A stretch of DNA of 64,000 nucleotides from a virus (IMGVR_UViG_2778261533_000001:1-64000), one strand, 5' to 3'; shown: positions 13,121 to 23,186, counted from the stretch's first letter. Notes: generated by a model from the sequence alone, not told the origin. Translations and numbers: made by a program.

Positions 13121-13762
13121 TCAGAGATAATTACCTTTACCCGTCAATTCCCCTTGTGGTACTTGTTTTTGCGCCAGTGTTTGGGTTCTGCGAATTATGT
13201 TAATCAGAGGGCTTAGTAACGATGGTTCCTGGCGTGCCTCAACTTCTCCAGCCATTGCCCTGATGTAGTCGGCGCTGGCAACGTTGTTGTATTCCGTCGC
13301 AAAGCAACATAGTAACGTCAGAACATGCTCTGTCGTTATTTCGCTCCAGTTGATGTTGAAAAATTCATCGCCTTTTTTATCGTGTTCGGAATCGAAGATG
13401 CTTTGGTGGAGGATGTATTTGCCGGATTCCTTGCGCGGTAACTTGATTGCTTTCTGGCGTTCCAACTCCTTATAAATCTGCATTGCCTCAATTAGTACCG
13501 GCCTGCCGTTCATGAAGGGATCGCGCAACCTTACACGCTGGCCAACTCGACCAGTAATAAAGCTGTTTTCCTCTTCCACCAGCACGATAAACCCCTTTTC
13601 CTCTTTTTCTCGCAATTCGCGCAGCAGCTGGAGTTCCATGTCGCGGCGGCGTTCAGGGTAGCTGGTCCGCTCAGCCATTATCAGCTCGTTATTGATCCAT
13701 GCAGCAGTCATTGACGCCGGTTTGCCGACGCTCATCGAAACAACGCATATTTTCTTATCCAT
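13121..13762 (-). CDS. mat: Mat-like particle maturation protein
   Basis: ORF 13121..13909 trimmed to the MDKKICVV Met; position between ref and lxc. Confidence 0.55.
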   Translation of the reverse strand: MDKKICVVSMSVGKPASMTAAWINNELIMAERTSYPERRRDMELQLLRELREKEEKGFIVLVEEENSFITGRVGQRVRLRDPFMNGRPVLIEAMQIYKELERQKAIKLPRKESGKYILHQSIFDSEHDKKGDEFFNINWSEITTEHVLTLLCCFATEYNNVASADYIRAMAGEVEARQEPSLLSPLINIIRRTQTLAQKQVPQGELTGKGNYL

Positions 13763-13945
13763 AGCGCCCCCTACAAAAAAGAAAAGCCACCAGCGGCGGC
13801 TTAGCAATACAACTGAAGGTAGCGCCCGGTACTCAGACTGTGCCGTCCATGGAATATTTGAAAAGGGATCCATCCGTACCGGGCGTGTGATGATTCTGAC
13901 TGAAGTCACTTGTCAGCTGTCAATCATTTATCATTAAAAATAATA

Positions 13946-13962
13946 TATTTATTAGTGCATGA
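13946..13962. promoter_or_regulatory. weak C1-operator-like site (about 13/17) between ref and mat
   Basis: ATATTTATTAGTGCATG vs reverse consensus AAATTTATTAGAGCAAT. Confidence 0.3.
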
Positions 13963-14512
13963 TGTTTGCCATCTCATAGGCGTCAGCCAGTAACTCCATC
14001 TCTGACTTGTTCAGCAGGGTGAATTCTTTCTTGCCTCCAACCACACCATCGGCATGAACAGGGACCAGCCAGGGGTATTTTGCTCTTACTTCAGCCGGTG
14101 CTGCATGCTGGTGGTGCCATCTACAAAGTGGCAATTGCTTTTTATGACAACCCGGCGCGGTACGACCGGCGATATGGTGCAGAGACACCTCATTAGATAT
14201 TACTCCATGCATATAGCAGGCAATGCAGGGGAGAGCGCCAAGAGCATTGGCGACGCGCCGTTCCTCCGCCGTTGGTGTTCTCCCCTTCAAGCCACGAGAT
14301 TTTATTTTTACCGCGCTTTTCCGCGTTTTGCTGGCTGGTGGGCGCTCTTTCTGTTTAGCGATACGGCGGTCGATAGTATCTCGCATTTTCTGATATTGAG
14401 ATTCTCGCCAGACCGGATCAGCCAACTTCTCCCGTTGCCGAGCGATCGCTCGTTCTCTGGCTGCCTTCTGCCACTTGCGGTGCTGTTCAATTTTTTGTTC
14501 GATTGTTTTCAT
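13952..14512 (-). CDS. ref: Ref, HNH-type RecA-dependent endonuclease (186 aa)
   Basis: Starts MKTIEQKIEQ; Cys/His-rich HNH-like core (CIACYMHG...HHIAG...CHKKQLPLCRWHH); length matches P1 Ref. Confidence 0.85.
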   Translation of the reverse strand: MKTIEQKIEQHRKWQKAARERAIARQREKLADPVWRESQYQKMRDTIDRRIAKQKERPPASKTRKSAVKIKSRGLKGRTPTAEERRVANALGALPCIACYMHGVISNEVSLHHIAGRTAPGCHKKQLPLCRWHHQHAAPAEVRAKYPWLVPVHADGVVGGKKEFTLLNKSEMELLADAYEMANIMH

Positions 14513-14518
14513 ATGGCA

Positions 14519-14544
14519 AAAAAAAGGCGGCCTGATGGCCGCCA
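14519..14544 (-). terminator. hairpin GGCGGCCATCAGGCCGCC plus U8 on the minus strand, ending 5 nt before the ref ATG
   Basis: Read directly; acts as terminator for cre/cra transcripts and/or attenuator in the ref leader. Confidence 0.5.
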
Positions 14545-14611
14545 ATGATGTCAAGGAGTTAAGTAATGGCAACGTCTTCGTAGTTGACAAAAACTGCGGC
14601 TCAATTATAGC

Positions 14612-14627
14612 AATCAATTAGAGCAAT
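14612..14627. promoter_or_regulatory. C1-operator-like site(s) upstream of ref
   Basis: CAATCAATTAGAGCAAT with an overlapping degenerate copy just upstream. Confidence 0.6.
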
Positions 14628-14758
14628 GGTAGAGATTTTGTTTATCGCGAATCACATTTTTTCACTTCAGTACCTGTGTGCTATACTCCTTCTTGATTGA
14701 TTGGATGCGGAATACAAACCCGCTCTTTTGTGCAGCCTGGCTCCTTGCCAGGCTTTTT

Positions 14759-15070
14759 TTATTTCATCATGGAAGCTGTTAATGCTTTGGACCTTGCTGA
14801 ACTGATTAAGAGGGCTTTGTCAACGTGCCCCAAAAATTCGCCAAACTCAGACATCACTTTAGCAAAACCGCGCCGTGCTTCTTCCTCGGTGGCATTCATC
14901 ACGAAATGTTCAGCACCACGCATACTTTTGACAGGGAACGCAACGGATATTGAATCAATATCAGGCATTCTATCGCTCAGCTTTACAGTGACAATGACGG
15001 CTGGCGACTGAATATTAGTGCTTACAGACAGCACTACATATTTTCCGTCGATGTTGAAATCCTTTCTCAT
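14759..15070 (-). CDS. cra: Cra-like cre-associated protein (103 aa)
   Basis: Position directly downstream of cre; GGTGA RBS before ATG. Confidence 0.55.
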   Translation of the reverse strand: MRKDFNIDGKYVVLSVSTNIQSPAVIVTVKLSDRMPDIDSISVAFPVKSMRGAEHFVMNATEEEARRGFAKVMSEFGEFLGHVDKALLISSARSKALTASMMK

Positions 15071-15087
15071 ATGTCACCATAAATATC

Positions 15088-15103
15088 AAAGAATTAGAGC
15101 AAT
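15088..15103. promoter_or_regulatory. C1-operator-like site between cre and cra
   Basis: AAAGAATTAGAGCAAT. Confidence 0.5.
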
Positions 15104-15120
15104 CATTTACGCGTTAATGG

Positions 15121-16152
15121 CTAATCGCCATCTTCCAGCAGGCGCACCATTGCCCCTGTTTCACTATCCAGGTTACGGATATAGTTCATGACAATATTTA
15201 CGTTGGTCCAGCCACCAGCTTGCATGATCTCCGGTATTGAAACTCCGGCGCGGGCCATATCTCGCGCGGCTCCGACACGGGCACTGTGTCCAGACCAGGC
15301 CAGGTATCTCTGCCCAGAGTCATCCTTAGCGCCGTAAATCAATCGATGAGTTGCTTCAAAAATCCCTTCCAGAGCGCGAGTTGATAGCTGGCTGGTGGCA
15401 GATGGCGCGGCAACACCATTTTTTCTGACACGGCAAAACAGGTAGTTATTCGGATCATCAGCCACACCAGAGACAGAAATCCATCGCTCGACCAGTTTAG
15501 TTACCCCCAGGCTAAGCGCCTTCTCTACACCTGCGGTGCTAACCAGCGTTTTCGTTCTGCCAATATGGATTAACATTCTCCCACCGTCAGTACGTGAGAT
15601 ATCTTTAACCCTGATCCTGGCAATTTCGGCTATACGTAACAGGGTGTTATAAGCAATCCCCAGAAATGCCAGATTACGTATATCCTGGCAGCGATCGCTA
15701 TTTTCCATGAGTGAACGAACCTGGTCGAAATCAGTGCGTTCGAACGCTAGTGCCTGTTTTGCACGTTCACCGGCATCAACGTTTTCTTTTCGGATCCGCC
15801 GCATGACCAGTGAAACAGCATTGCTGTCACTTGGTCGTGGCAGCCCGGACCGACGATGAAGCATGTTTAGCTGGCCCAAATGTTGCTGGATAGTTTTTAC
15901 TGCCAGACCGCGCGCCTGAAGATATAGAAGATAATCGCGAACATCTTCAGGTTCTGCGGGAAACCATTTCCGGTTATTCAATTTGCACCATGCCGCCCAT
16001 GACCGGCAAACGGACAGAAGCATTTTCCAGGTATGCTCAGAAAACGCCTGGCGATCCCTGAACATATCCATCAGGTTCTTGCGAACCTCATCACTCGTTG
16101 CATCGACCGGCAATGCAGGCAAATTTTGGTGTACGGTCAGTAAATTGGACAT
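15121..16152 (-). CDS. cre: Cre site-specific tyrosine recombinase (343 aa)
   Basis: Translation MSNLLTVHQNLPALPVDATSDEVRKNLMDMFRDRQAF...MVRLLEDGD matches Cre as I recall it, including catalytic R-H-R-Y residues. Confidence 0.98.
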   Translation of the reverse strand: MSNLLTVHQNLPALPVDATSDEVRKNLMDMFRDRQAFSEHTWKMLLSVCRSWAAWCKLNNRKWFPAEPEDVRDYLLYLQARGLAVKTIQQHLGQLNMLHRRSGLPRPSDSNAVSLVMRRIRKENVDAGERAKQALAFERTDFDQVRSLMENSDRCQDIRNLAFLGIAYNTLLRIAEIARIRVKDISRTDGGRMLIHIGRTKTLVSTAGVEKALSLGVTKLVERWISVSGVADDPNNYLFCRVRKNGVAAPSATSQLSTRALEGIFEATHRLIYGAKDDSGQRYLAWSGHSARVGAARDMARAGVSIPEIMQAGGWTNVNIVMNYIRNLDSETGAMVRLLEDGD

Positions 16153-16570
16153 TTAACACTCAGATAATGGTTTTAAGTAAAGTGTACAGGATCGGCTCTG
16201 CCTTTACCTGTTTATGGTTCTCGTCATAGAAACGCCAGCGACCGCGCGTGCGTTCTATCTTTTCTTCACCGCGCGATAATGACAGCTGGCAACTATCACG
16301 ATCAAACCCTTTTGCCCGCCAGTAACCACGATTTTTCTCAAGCTCAAGATGAGTGGACACTTTAGCAGCTGAATATCCCATTTTTCACCTCTGATTGATT
16401 GGTGGTGCTAAGTGCGCTACGCGAAATCTGGAGCACTAACACTGCCAGCATTTCGCAGATTTTACGTAGCGCAACCTTGATCAAATGATCAAGTGATCAC
16501 TATTTGACCTGATAAGGTATTGAACTGTATGGATTTACAGGTAAATTAATCATGTTCAATAACCCTTAAG

Positions 16571-16604
16571 ATAACTTCGTATAATGTATGCTATACGAAG
16601 TTAT
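16571..16604. other. loxP: loxP recombination site
   Basis: Exact ATAACTTCGTATA-ATGTATGC-TATACGAAGTTAT, about 420 bp upstream of cre. Confidence 0.98.
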
Positions 16605-16647
16605 CAGGTCCGAAGAGGAGTTTACGTCCAGCCGCGCACAAAAATCA

Positions 16648-16664
16648 AGAATTATTAGAGCAAT
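16648..16664. promoter_or_regulatory. C1-operator-like site (ImmC region)
   Basis: AGAATTATTAGAGCAAT. Confidence 0.6.
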
Positions 16665-16730
16665 AAATTTTGAGAGAAAAATCCCACTCCACCAGCTAAA
16701 AACTGGATTGTTTTTCATAGTTGTTTGACA

Positions 16731-16747
16731 ATTGCTCTAATAAATTA
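16731..16747. promoter_or_regulatory. C1 operator (ImmC region, 16/17)
   Basis: ATTGCTCTAATAAATTA. Confidence 0.7.
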
Positions 16748-16985
16748 TAGTTTTGCCGCCGTTACGTAATACGACTTTGGATTCACTATTTAATGTGTCT
16801 TCAGCGTTGTAGAGCGGCTCAGAAGGAAATGAGCAAACAGGGAAACCTTATACAACGGCATTACAGCTATGCATTGCTCATCTTACACACAGCGCAATGT
16901 TGTTAGATTACCCCAGCATGGATCATGGGTGAAACAGTAGGTCAGAGCTTCAGGCTCTGTGTTGTCAATACAGTGAGGCATAATT

Positions 16986-17195
16986 ATGGCTTTCATTCAA
17001 CCAACCATCGACGACGTTAGACATTGCTCTAACGCTTTATCTGTAGACCCTGCCGAAACCGACGCTGCCCGCGCCATTGCTGAACACTACTCAAAGATAT
17101 CCAATCAGGAGTACCGCATCACCCAAGACGACCTGGATGACCTCACTGACACAATCGAATATCTCATGGCAACTAACCAGTTAGACTCACAATAA
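16986..17195 (+). CDS. coi: Coi, C1 inactivator (69 aa)
   Basis: 69-aa acidic protein directly upstream of c1; sequence and size match P1 Coi as recalled. Confidence 0.8.
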   Translation: MAFIQPTIDDVRHCSNALSVDPAETDAARAIAEHYSKISNQEYRITQDDLDDLTDTIEYLMATNQLDSQ

Positions 17196-17211
17196 ATGCA
17201 CTAATAAATCT
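17195..17211. promoter_or_regulatory. C1-operator-like site between coi and c1 (autoregulation)
   Basis: AAATGCACTAATAAATCT, about 14/17. Confidence 0.5.
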
Positions 17212-17305
17212 ATTATTTTTGTTTGATCCCTCTATAATATAGGTCAGTAATGACCGGTTTTCTCAGCCGGGCGTTATTGACCATGTCAATTCTGGAGGAG
17301 GATCA

Positions 17306-18157
17306 ATGATAAATTATGTCTACGGCGAACAACTGTACCAGGAGTTCGTCAGCTTCAGGGATCTCTTTCTAAAAAAAGCTGTTGCACGCGCCCAACACGT
17401 TGATACCGCAAGCGACGGTCGTCCTGTACGCCCGGTTGTCGTTCTACCGTTCAAAGAAACGGACAGCATTCAGGCTGAAATTGATAAATGGACTTTAATG
17501 GCGCGGGAACTGGAACAGTACCCAGACCTCAATATCCCAAAGACTATTTTATATCCTGTGCCTAACATCCTTCGCGGTGTGCGTAAGGTTACGACTTATC
17601 AGACAGAAGCTGTGAACAGCGTCAATATGACCGCTGGCCGCATTATTCATCTGATTGATAAGGACATTCGCATCCAAAAAAGCGCGGGGATCAATGAGCA
17701 CAGTGCGAAATACATAGAGAACCTGGAAGCAACAAAAGAGCTAATGAGGCAGTACCCGGAGGATGAAAAATTCCGTATGCGCGTACACGGCTTTAGCGAA
17801 ACAATGCTGCGCGTCCATTACATTTCCAGTAGCCCTAACTACAATGATGGTAAATCAGTTAGTTACCATGTACCGCTGTGTGGCGTGTTTATCTGCGATG
17901 AAACTCTCCGTGATGGAATCATCATCAACGGTGAATTCGAAAAAGCAAAATTTAGCCTTTATGACTCCATAGAACCGATCATCTGCGACCGCTGGCCGCA
18001 AGCAAAAATATATCGCCTGGCAGATATTGAAAATGTAAAAAAACAAATTGCCATCACTCGCGAAGAGAAAAAGGTTAAGTCAGCCGCATCAGTTACGCGC
18101 AGCCGTAAAACCAAGAAGGGGCAGCCAGTAAACGACAACCCCGAAAGCGCGCAATAA
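17306..18157 (+). CDS. c1: C1 repressor of lysogeny (283 aa)
   Basis: 283 aa starting MINYVYGEQLYQEF; GGAGGAGG RBS; flanked by coi and multiple operators. Confidence 0.9.
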   Translation: MINYVYGEQLYQEFVSFRDLFLKKAVARAQHVDTASDGRPVRPVVVLPFKETDSIQAEIDKWTLMARELEQYPDLNIPKTILYPVPNILRGVRKVTTYQTEAVNSVNMTAGRIIHLIDKDIRIQKSAGINEHSAKYIENLEATKELMRQYPEDEKFRMRVHGFSETMLRVHYISSSPNYNDGKSVSYHVPLCGVFICDETLRDGIIINGEFEKAKFSLYDSIEPIICDRWPQAKIYRLADIENVKKQIAITREEKKVKSAASVTRSRKTKKGQPVNDNPESAQ

Positions 18158-18160
18158 ATT

Positions 18161-18185
18161 ATGCCCGGCATCAACCGGGCATTCT
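18161..18185. terminator. hairpin GCCCGGCATCAACCGGGC between convergent c1 and the ant-like gene
   Basis: Inverted repeat read directly. Confidence 0.45.
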
Positions 18186-18189
18186 TCCA

Positions 18190-19305
18190 TTATTCAGCCG
18201 CCACCGGTTTTAACAAACCAGCATCAAGTAGCTTGCGAGTTAACCACTGCTGGCCTTTACCCGTTAATTGAGGCGTCAACCGTATCTGGTAGCCATCTTC
18301 ATCATCCAGCACCACTTCTTTCACCGTGAAATACCCGGCGTTGATGTATTGCTGGAACGGCACATTTTTACGTCCGCCGGACGCAATCAGGATGCCGTTC
18401 TCCCGTAACCAGGCAAACAGCGCGTTTTGCTTAAGTCCAACAACCTTTGCAAAATTTCCAATCAGGATCCCCTTGGCCACTGATACCCGGTCGGCAAAAT
18501 CGACCTTAGGGGCGGCGGCCACCAGCTGCTGATTTAGCTGGTGGGCTTTCTGTTCCAGAAGTTGCTTTTGTTCAGCCAGTTCGGCAGCCAGGCGCAGAGC
18601 TTCAGGAAGCGTCTGGGGGATTGTGACCGGTTGCTGTTCTTTTTGTCGGAAGTAGCTGTCTTCCAGTTTTTCAAAGAATGCCCATGCCTGATCAGTTTCG
18701 AGCATTTTAGCGTGACGGGCAGCGCCGCGTTCTGTCCAGAGAGTGAGTGAGCGGGCTTTGGGTGAGACTGGATTTTGTGAGTAGTTTAAAGCTACCCGCA
18801 AATTTTTCAGCTCATCGCCAATAACCTTGAAAAAGTGCTTCCCTTCAACAAAGCGCACTTTGTTCTCATGATGATTCTGGCGAATACGGATTGTTTCTGT
18901 CCCATACCCTTTTGCAAGAGTCTCGGTTGTCACTACACGCATCCCCTGCCACTCCAGAACGGGAATTTCATCCGGCTGATTTTGAGCAACCACCAGCTCC
19001 GATTTCTGAACTGAAGTTGCATGAATTTTTTCTGATTTAACGTTAGTTGCTTTCATTCTGTGTGCCTCCTTGCGTGCTTCGGCTGCGATGGTTGCGTAAT
19101 TCAGATGCCCCTGTTCGAGCAGGTATTCGCGGATATCAGACAACAGGATACGGTGAACCGCGTTCTTGTCCTTTCTCCGGTAAAGTTGTTTGGTGATCAT
19201 GAAGTAGTTGGCAATAACGCCTGGTATATCTCTGGTGCTGATACAGGCAGTGTGCTGTTCAATTGCCTCAATCATTTCTTCACGGGTGACTAATGACGTT
19301 CTCAT
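18190..19305 (-). CDS. antirepressor-like protein (ORF6N/Bro-N-like domain plus KilA-C/ANT domain, 371 aa)
   Basis: Middle LEWQGMRVVTTETLAKGYGT...VRFVEGKHFFKV resembles ORF6N; C-terminus ADRVSVAKGILIGNFAKVVGLKQNALFAWLRENG resembles KilAC/ANT domain. Confidence 0.7.
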   Translation of the reverse strand: MRTSLVTREEMIEAIEQHTACISTRDIPGVIANYFMITKQLYRRKDKNAVHRILLSDIREYLLEQGHLNYATIAAEARKEAHRMKATNVKSEKIHATSVQKSELVVAQNQPDEIPVLEWQGMRVVTTETLAKGYGTETIRIRQNHHENKVRFVEGKHFFKVIGDELKNLRVALNYSQNPVSPKARSLTLWTERGAARHAKMLETDQAWAFFEKLEDSYFRQKEQQPVTIPQTLPEALRLAAELAEQKQLLEQKAHQLNQQLVAAAPKVDFADRVSVAKGILIGNFAKVVGLKQNALFAWLRENGILIASGGRKNVPFQQYINAGYFTVKEVVLDDEDGYQIRLTPQLTGKGQQWLTRKLLDAGLLKPVAAE

Positions 19306-19523
19306 ACTCCCTCCTGAGCAGAAGCGTTAACAGGGAGGCACCAGTAACTGAGAGAATTGCGCGAATCAGTAGAAAAACGGGCGGAGAAAATGCAAGGTGC
19401 ATCAGGAAGCTGAGGGCGAGCCTCATCTTCTGTCGGTGCAATAACGAAGTGATAGTGACGTTTCTGGCAGGAATAAAAGCGCCAGATAAATTCAGGGTGA
19501 GTTGGGGTAGGGATAGTAGCCAT
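19302..19523 (-). CDS. small ORF translationally coupled to the ant-like gene (icd-like position, 73 aa)
   Basis: Stop overlaps ant-like ATG (ATGA); AAGGAGG RBS; same length as P1 Icd as recalled. Confidence 0.4.
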   Translation of the reverse strand: MATIPTPTHPEFIWRFYSCQKRHYHFVIAPTEDEARPQLPDAPCIFSARFSTDSRNSLSYWCLPVNASAQEGV

Positions 19524-19704
19524 AATGGCAGCCTCCTTTTGCTAACTTAAGGAGCTACCGCGTGAGGTTCCAATCTCAATGGCGGTAGCACTGACTGGGT
19601 TGGAACTACCGGCGCAAAAGGGAACCGGCCTGCCTTTCGGCAGCCCAGCCAGCACTACCATTGATCTCGGAGCTATGTGCTACGTATGGCTGTGCGATGG
19701 CATG

Positions 19705-19860
19705 ACACAAAAAAAGACGCTTTTGGCGTCTGTGTCGCCTTTTGCATTATCCGGGGTTCCAATCCCGGCACCCGTTTTAATGAGGTGCCTGATAAGCATA
19801 AACCGAAAATGCCTCAAGGCGCAAGAGGTCAGGTTCAATGTAACATCGGTAGTTAAAAAA
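19705..19860 (-). ncRNA. candidate c4-like antisense sRNA with intrinsic terminator
   Basis: Between operator at 19864..19880 and hairpin GACGCCAAAAGCGUC plus U7 (about 19705..19730); contains GAUUGGAACC with near-complementary GUUCCAACC in the downstream leader. Confidence 0.3.
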
Positions 19861-19863
19861 CAC

Positions 19864-19880
19864 AATTTATTAGAGCAAAT
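19864..19880. promoter_or_regulatory. C1-operator-like site at pacB 3' end, upstream of the sRNA/icd/ant-like module
   Basis: CAATTTATTAGAGCAAA (15/17 to reverse consensus). Confidence 0.6.
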
Positions 19881-19882
19881 AT

Positions 19883-21367
19883 TCATTCATTAAGCCATGC
19901 CAGAGCTTCATCAACCTGCGCTTCGTCTTCGACGCTAAGCACTTCATCCTGGGGAACATAATCCGCCAGCATAGCGAAACAATATGTATCCCAATGGTCT
20001 GGTGAGTGCAGGTTGAGTTTTTTCTTCATATCCTCCTTACTCATCACCTTCCATTGACCTGCGGAGTTAATCCCTACAGGGATTTTCGACGCTTCCTCAA
20101 TAGTTTCATTACCCTTATCCAGTCTCATACGACCAGATTTTACGGCCTCTGCGGCTTGAACGTTGGCATAAGCACGTTTATCAAAGTACAGGCTCTTATC
20201 TTCACGGCTATGCATCTTTTTACCCCAGCGTATACGCTGTACGGTAATACCATAATACTCGTACATCAGATCCGCCGTTGCTTTACCCAGGCCATCGCCG
20301 TCTATCGCTATGGTGATATTTGGGAATCGCTCAGGATTGCATTCTGCAAAAATTTTGGCGGCAAGCTGCGTTTCTGTAACGTCTGTGTATTCCAGCATTC
20401 GATAGTTGATTACACGGCGTTTATTTCGCTGGCCGGACACCATCATGATATTGATAACGGACTTATCCCGTCCCGTACCACCAGCAACGTCCACACATGC
20501 AAGCCAGCCCCATCCTTTGGCAATCTTGACTTTCCGCCGCGTTGCACGTTCAACCTCATCACGTCCAAGAAGGAAGCCATCCTGTGATTTAGGGAATAGG
20601 CCGCGTACCTTAATCATGTACATAGGGTTATCACGCCCGCCGTACTCCGCCAACTTCATTTTGATAAATGCTGGCGTTACCAGCGGTGATTCCTCACTGT
20701 TAAGCGTGATCGCCGTATAAACGCCATCAGGGTTACCAGGACGCTTGGCCAGTTTATGGTGTGTATCGTAGAAATAGCCGCTTGGGCGTGTAGGCTGTGA
20801 CAGTAATAAGATGCGGTTATCCTGTCCGGTAAGAGCACCGGTGATGATACCGAAAGCTCTATCACTGACACCGGAGGCTTCATCGATAATATACAGAAGA
20901 TGATCTGCGTGTTCACCGGCGAGAGCTTCTTCACTTCCCAGACGAAAGCCCTTCGGTACTACAGTCCATACACCTTTACCAGTAACCTCATAGAAAGCGG
21001 TTTCTGTCAGAACAAAATAATCAGCAAGCCATGGGAAACGGCTGGTGGCAGTAGCCCAGTTTATCTTGATGTACTTGAATATACCGGTCATTACCTGCTG
21101 AATTTTGTTCGCAACGATAATGGCGCGGGCACCGGGATACATGATTATGAACAACATGATCATGATAGAAGTCATGTCTGATTTCCCGGTACCGTGACCA
21201 GACGAAACAGATGTCTTGCTACCCTGTTCCTGCACAGACTCAATAATCAGATCCTGCTGCCAGGTAGGTGTTTTGCCGAACAAAACATCAGCGGCCGCAA
21301 TCCAGTCATAACGATATAGCGCCACCAGCTCGCGCCAACGTGGATCCGTTACGCAACTTCTGGACAT
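19883..21367 (-). CDS. pacB: PacB, terminase large subunit (494 aa)
   Basis: Follows pacA with overlapping stop/start; terminase-like size and position. Confidence 0.85.
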   Translation of the reverse strand: MSRSCVTDPRWRELVALYRYDWIAAADVLFGKTPTWQQDLIIESVQEQGSKTSVSSGHGTGKSDMTSIMIMLFIIMYPGARAIIVANKIQQVMTGIFKYIKINWATATSRFPWLADYFVLTETAFYEVTGKGVWTVVPKGFRLGSEEALAGEHADHLLYIIDEASGVSDRAFGIITGALTGQDNRILLLSQPTRPSGYFYDTHHKLAKRPGNPDGVYTAITLNSEESPLVTPAFIKMKLAEYGGRDNPMYMIKVRGLFPKSQDGFLLGRDEVERATRRKVKIAKGWGWLACVDVAGGTGRDKSVINIMMVSGQRNKRRVINYRMLEYTDVTETQLAAKIFAECNPERFPNITIAIDGDGLGKATADLMYEYYGITVQRIRWGKKMHSREDKSLYFDKRAYANVQAAEAVKSGRMRLDKGNETIEEASKIPVGINSAGQWKVMSKEDMKKKLNLHSPDHWDTYCFAMLADYVPQDEVLSVEDEAQVDEALAWLNE

Positions 21368-22560
21368 TAATCATCATCCCCGTATAGCTTGCGGGTAACT
21401 TCTTCGTCTTCCTCCTCGTCTTCGTCCAGGTCTTGTTCCAGCCATGGGTCGTTTGATACACCTTCAGTATCAACATCTCCATAACCGCCTGTATCAACGA
21501 TATCGGCGATTTCTTCCCTACGTTGCTCAATCCACAATGCAGCATCGGCGCGGCGGTTGGCGGCCCGTTCTCGCGCAACTTTGTCCAGATCTTCAAGAGA
21601 AGGGCCACCGACGGCAGTTTGCCTTTCCTCATCATCGGCATTTGTCTTAGGAGCACGCAGATCGGCTTTGATTTGCTCCAGCATCAGGGGCGGCACTTTC
21701 CCTCCATGCGCCTCGATGAATTCAGCCGCTTCCAGCACTGACCAGTTATTTTCACGCTTTCGTTCGTATGCCAGCTTAACAATGCCAGCTTGCCCCATAG
21801 ATAAAGCGTGCTTTTCCGCCTCCCGGCTTTCTTTTCGATAGTTATTCCGGATGCTGTAAATGGTGTTGATCAGGCTGCTTATCTGCGCGGAACAGCTGTT
21901 TAGCATGCTCGCGATACGGTATTCAGGCGGAGTACCTTCATCATCGTCTTTTTGCTGATCGCGCATTTCCTGCACCAGGCGAATACACGTATCCCTGGCG
22001 TTCTCCAGCATAAGGAGATGAGAAAGAGACTTTTCAAGAAGAGTGGTTTCCAGAACATCGGCCCCGGACCGACGCAACATAGCGCGCGCGGCCTTCCGCG
22101 CTTCAACGTTATCTATCAGGTAATCGCCCGCTTCGAATTCAAAGCGTTCACCATCATCATCCAGGGTGTCGCGTTCCAGGCGATCACGTAAGGTCCGGTG
22201 GGCACGGGTGATCACGTCATGATCATCTGAACGATCATTTATGCGCTTATTTTGGCGCTTCGCATTCTCGACTGCGGCACTGACAACGGCATTAACCCTT
22301 TGTTTTTCCGCTATTTCAGCCGCAATGCGATCACCTGCATGTTGATCATTAGAGTGATCAATGATCATGCTTTTTAGTGGCTTCCTGACTGGCTTATTTG
22401 GCTTGCGGCTGTCCGCTGTCCTGGTGTCTTCTTTGAAGGCACGGAGATAACGACGTGCAGTATTAGGGTTAAGATTAAACTCGGCGGCATACTGTGCGAT
22501 GGTGTAACCACCATCTCGCGCCAGGCGAGCAAAATTCTTCTTGTGATCGTCCCAGGTCAC
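21367..22560 (-). CDS. pacA: PacA, pac-recognising terminase subunit (397 aa)
   Basis: Contains the pac hexamer clusters internally; acidic C-terminal tail; 397 aa as in P1. Confidence 0.85.
   Translation of the reverse strand: MTWDDHKKNFARLARDGGYTIAQYAAEFNLNPNTARRYLRAFKEDTRTADSRKPNKPVRKPLKSMIIDHSNDQHAGDRIAAEIAEKQRVNAVVSAAVENAKRQNKRINDRSDDHDVITRAHRTLRDRLERDTLDDDGERFEFEAGDYLIDNVEARKAARAMLRRSGADVLETTLLEKSLSHLLMLENARDTCIRLVQEMRDQQKDDDEGTPPEYRIASMLNSCSAQISSLINTIYSIRNNYRKESREAEKHALSMGQAGIVKLAYERKRENNWSVLEAAEFIEAHGGKVPPLMLEQIKADLRAPKTNADDEERQTAVGGPSLEDLDKVARERAANRRADAALWIEQRREEIADIVDTGGYGDVDTEGVSNDPWLEQDLDEDEEEDEEVTRKLYGDDD
22205..22375. other. pac: pac packaging site: two clusters of TGATCA/G hexamers inside pacA
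   Basis: GTGATCACGTCATGATCATCTGAACGATCA at about 22209-22245 and TTGATCATTAGAGTGATCAATGATCA at about 22330-22372. Confidence 0.8.
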
Positions 22561-22645
22561 TTATGCTTCCTTTCGAAAAAACTCTTTTTGACGCGAGGGT
22601 AACGAAAGTCACATGTCAAAAGGCCCGGAACGGGCAAGCAATCAA

Positions 22646-23098
22646 TCAGATACGTGCGGATGTGGCATTACCGTAATGACGGTGCTGACGGGCCACCTTA
22701 TTGAAAAGTTGACGCGCCATTACCCAAGGCTGGTGCTCCCGGCGTTCCTTTTCGTCCTGCGTCATATAGAGTTCGTTCTGGAGTTTTTCATCAAACCGGC
22801 GCGGTGCGCGGCTGCGGCGAAAGAATTCAGGGTTCAGAGAGTGGATCTGAAATCTACGTGGGCGTGTACTATCGTCAATCAAAACAGACGAATACTTAGA
22901 CACAGCGATAGCCTTTAAGCGCAGATAAACGTCGCGCTTATCGACATCCAGATGCGGGTATTCCTTTTCAAGGATTGCTGCGAGTTCTTTCGCTGATAGA
23001 AGAGATTTAGTGCGGATCATGTAATCCGCAATCTCATACGATGTTATTCGTGAGTGATTTATTTCCATGAAGTGGCGTCCCTGCCAGTTAAGTAACAT
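22646..23098 (-). CDS. lpa: Lpa-like late promoter activator (150 aa)
   Basis: Position upstream of pacA; operator-like site just upstream. Confidence 0.6.
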   Translation of the reverse strand: MLLNWQGRHFMEINHSRITSYEIADYMIRTKSLLSAKELAAILEKEYPHLDVDKRDVYLRLKAIAVSKYSSVLIDDSTRPRRFQIHSLNPEFFRRSRAPRRFDEKLQNELYMTQDEKERREHQPWVMARQLFNKVARQHRHYGNATSARI

Positions 23099-23169
23099 CC
23101 TGTCACCTACTGATTAGCCCATGTCAACTAATCAACGTGGAATATAATACTCTCGATTAAAGAAATAGC

Positions 23170-23185
23170 AATACATTAGAGCAAT
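23170..23185. promoter_or_regulatory. C1-operator-like site upstream of lpa
   Basis: AATACATTAGAGCAAT. Confidence 0.5.
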
Positions 23186-23186
23186 T

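Noticed and set aside
16160-16381. 73-aa ORF between loxP and cre
   Set aside because: It lies in the region expected to hold the cre promoters and leader; no convincing RBS or motif; treated as non-coding.
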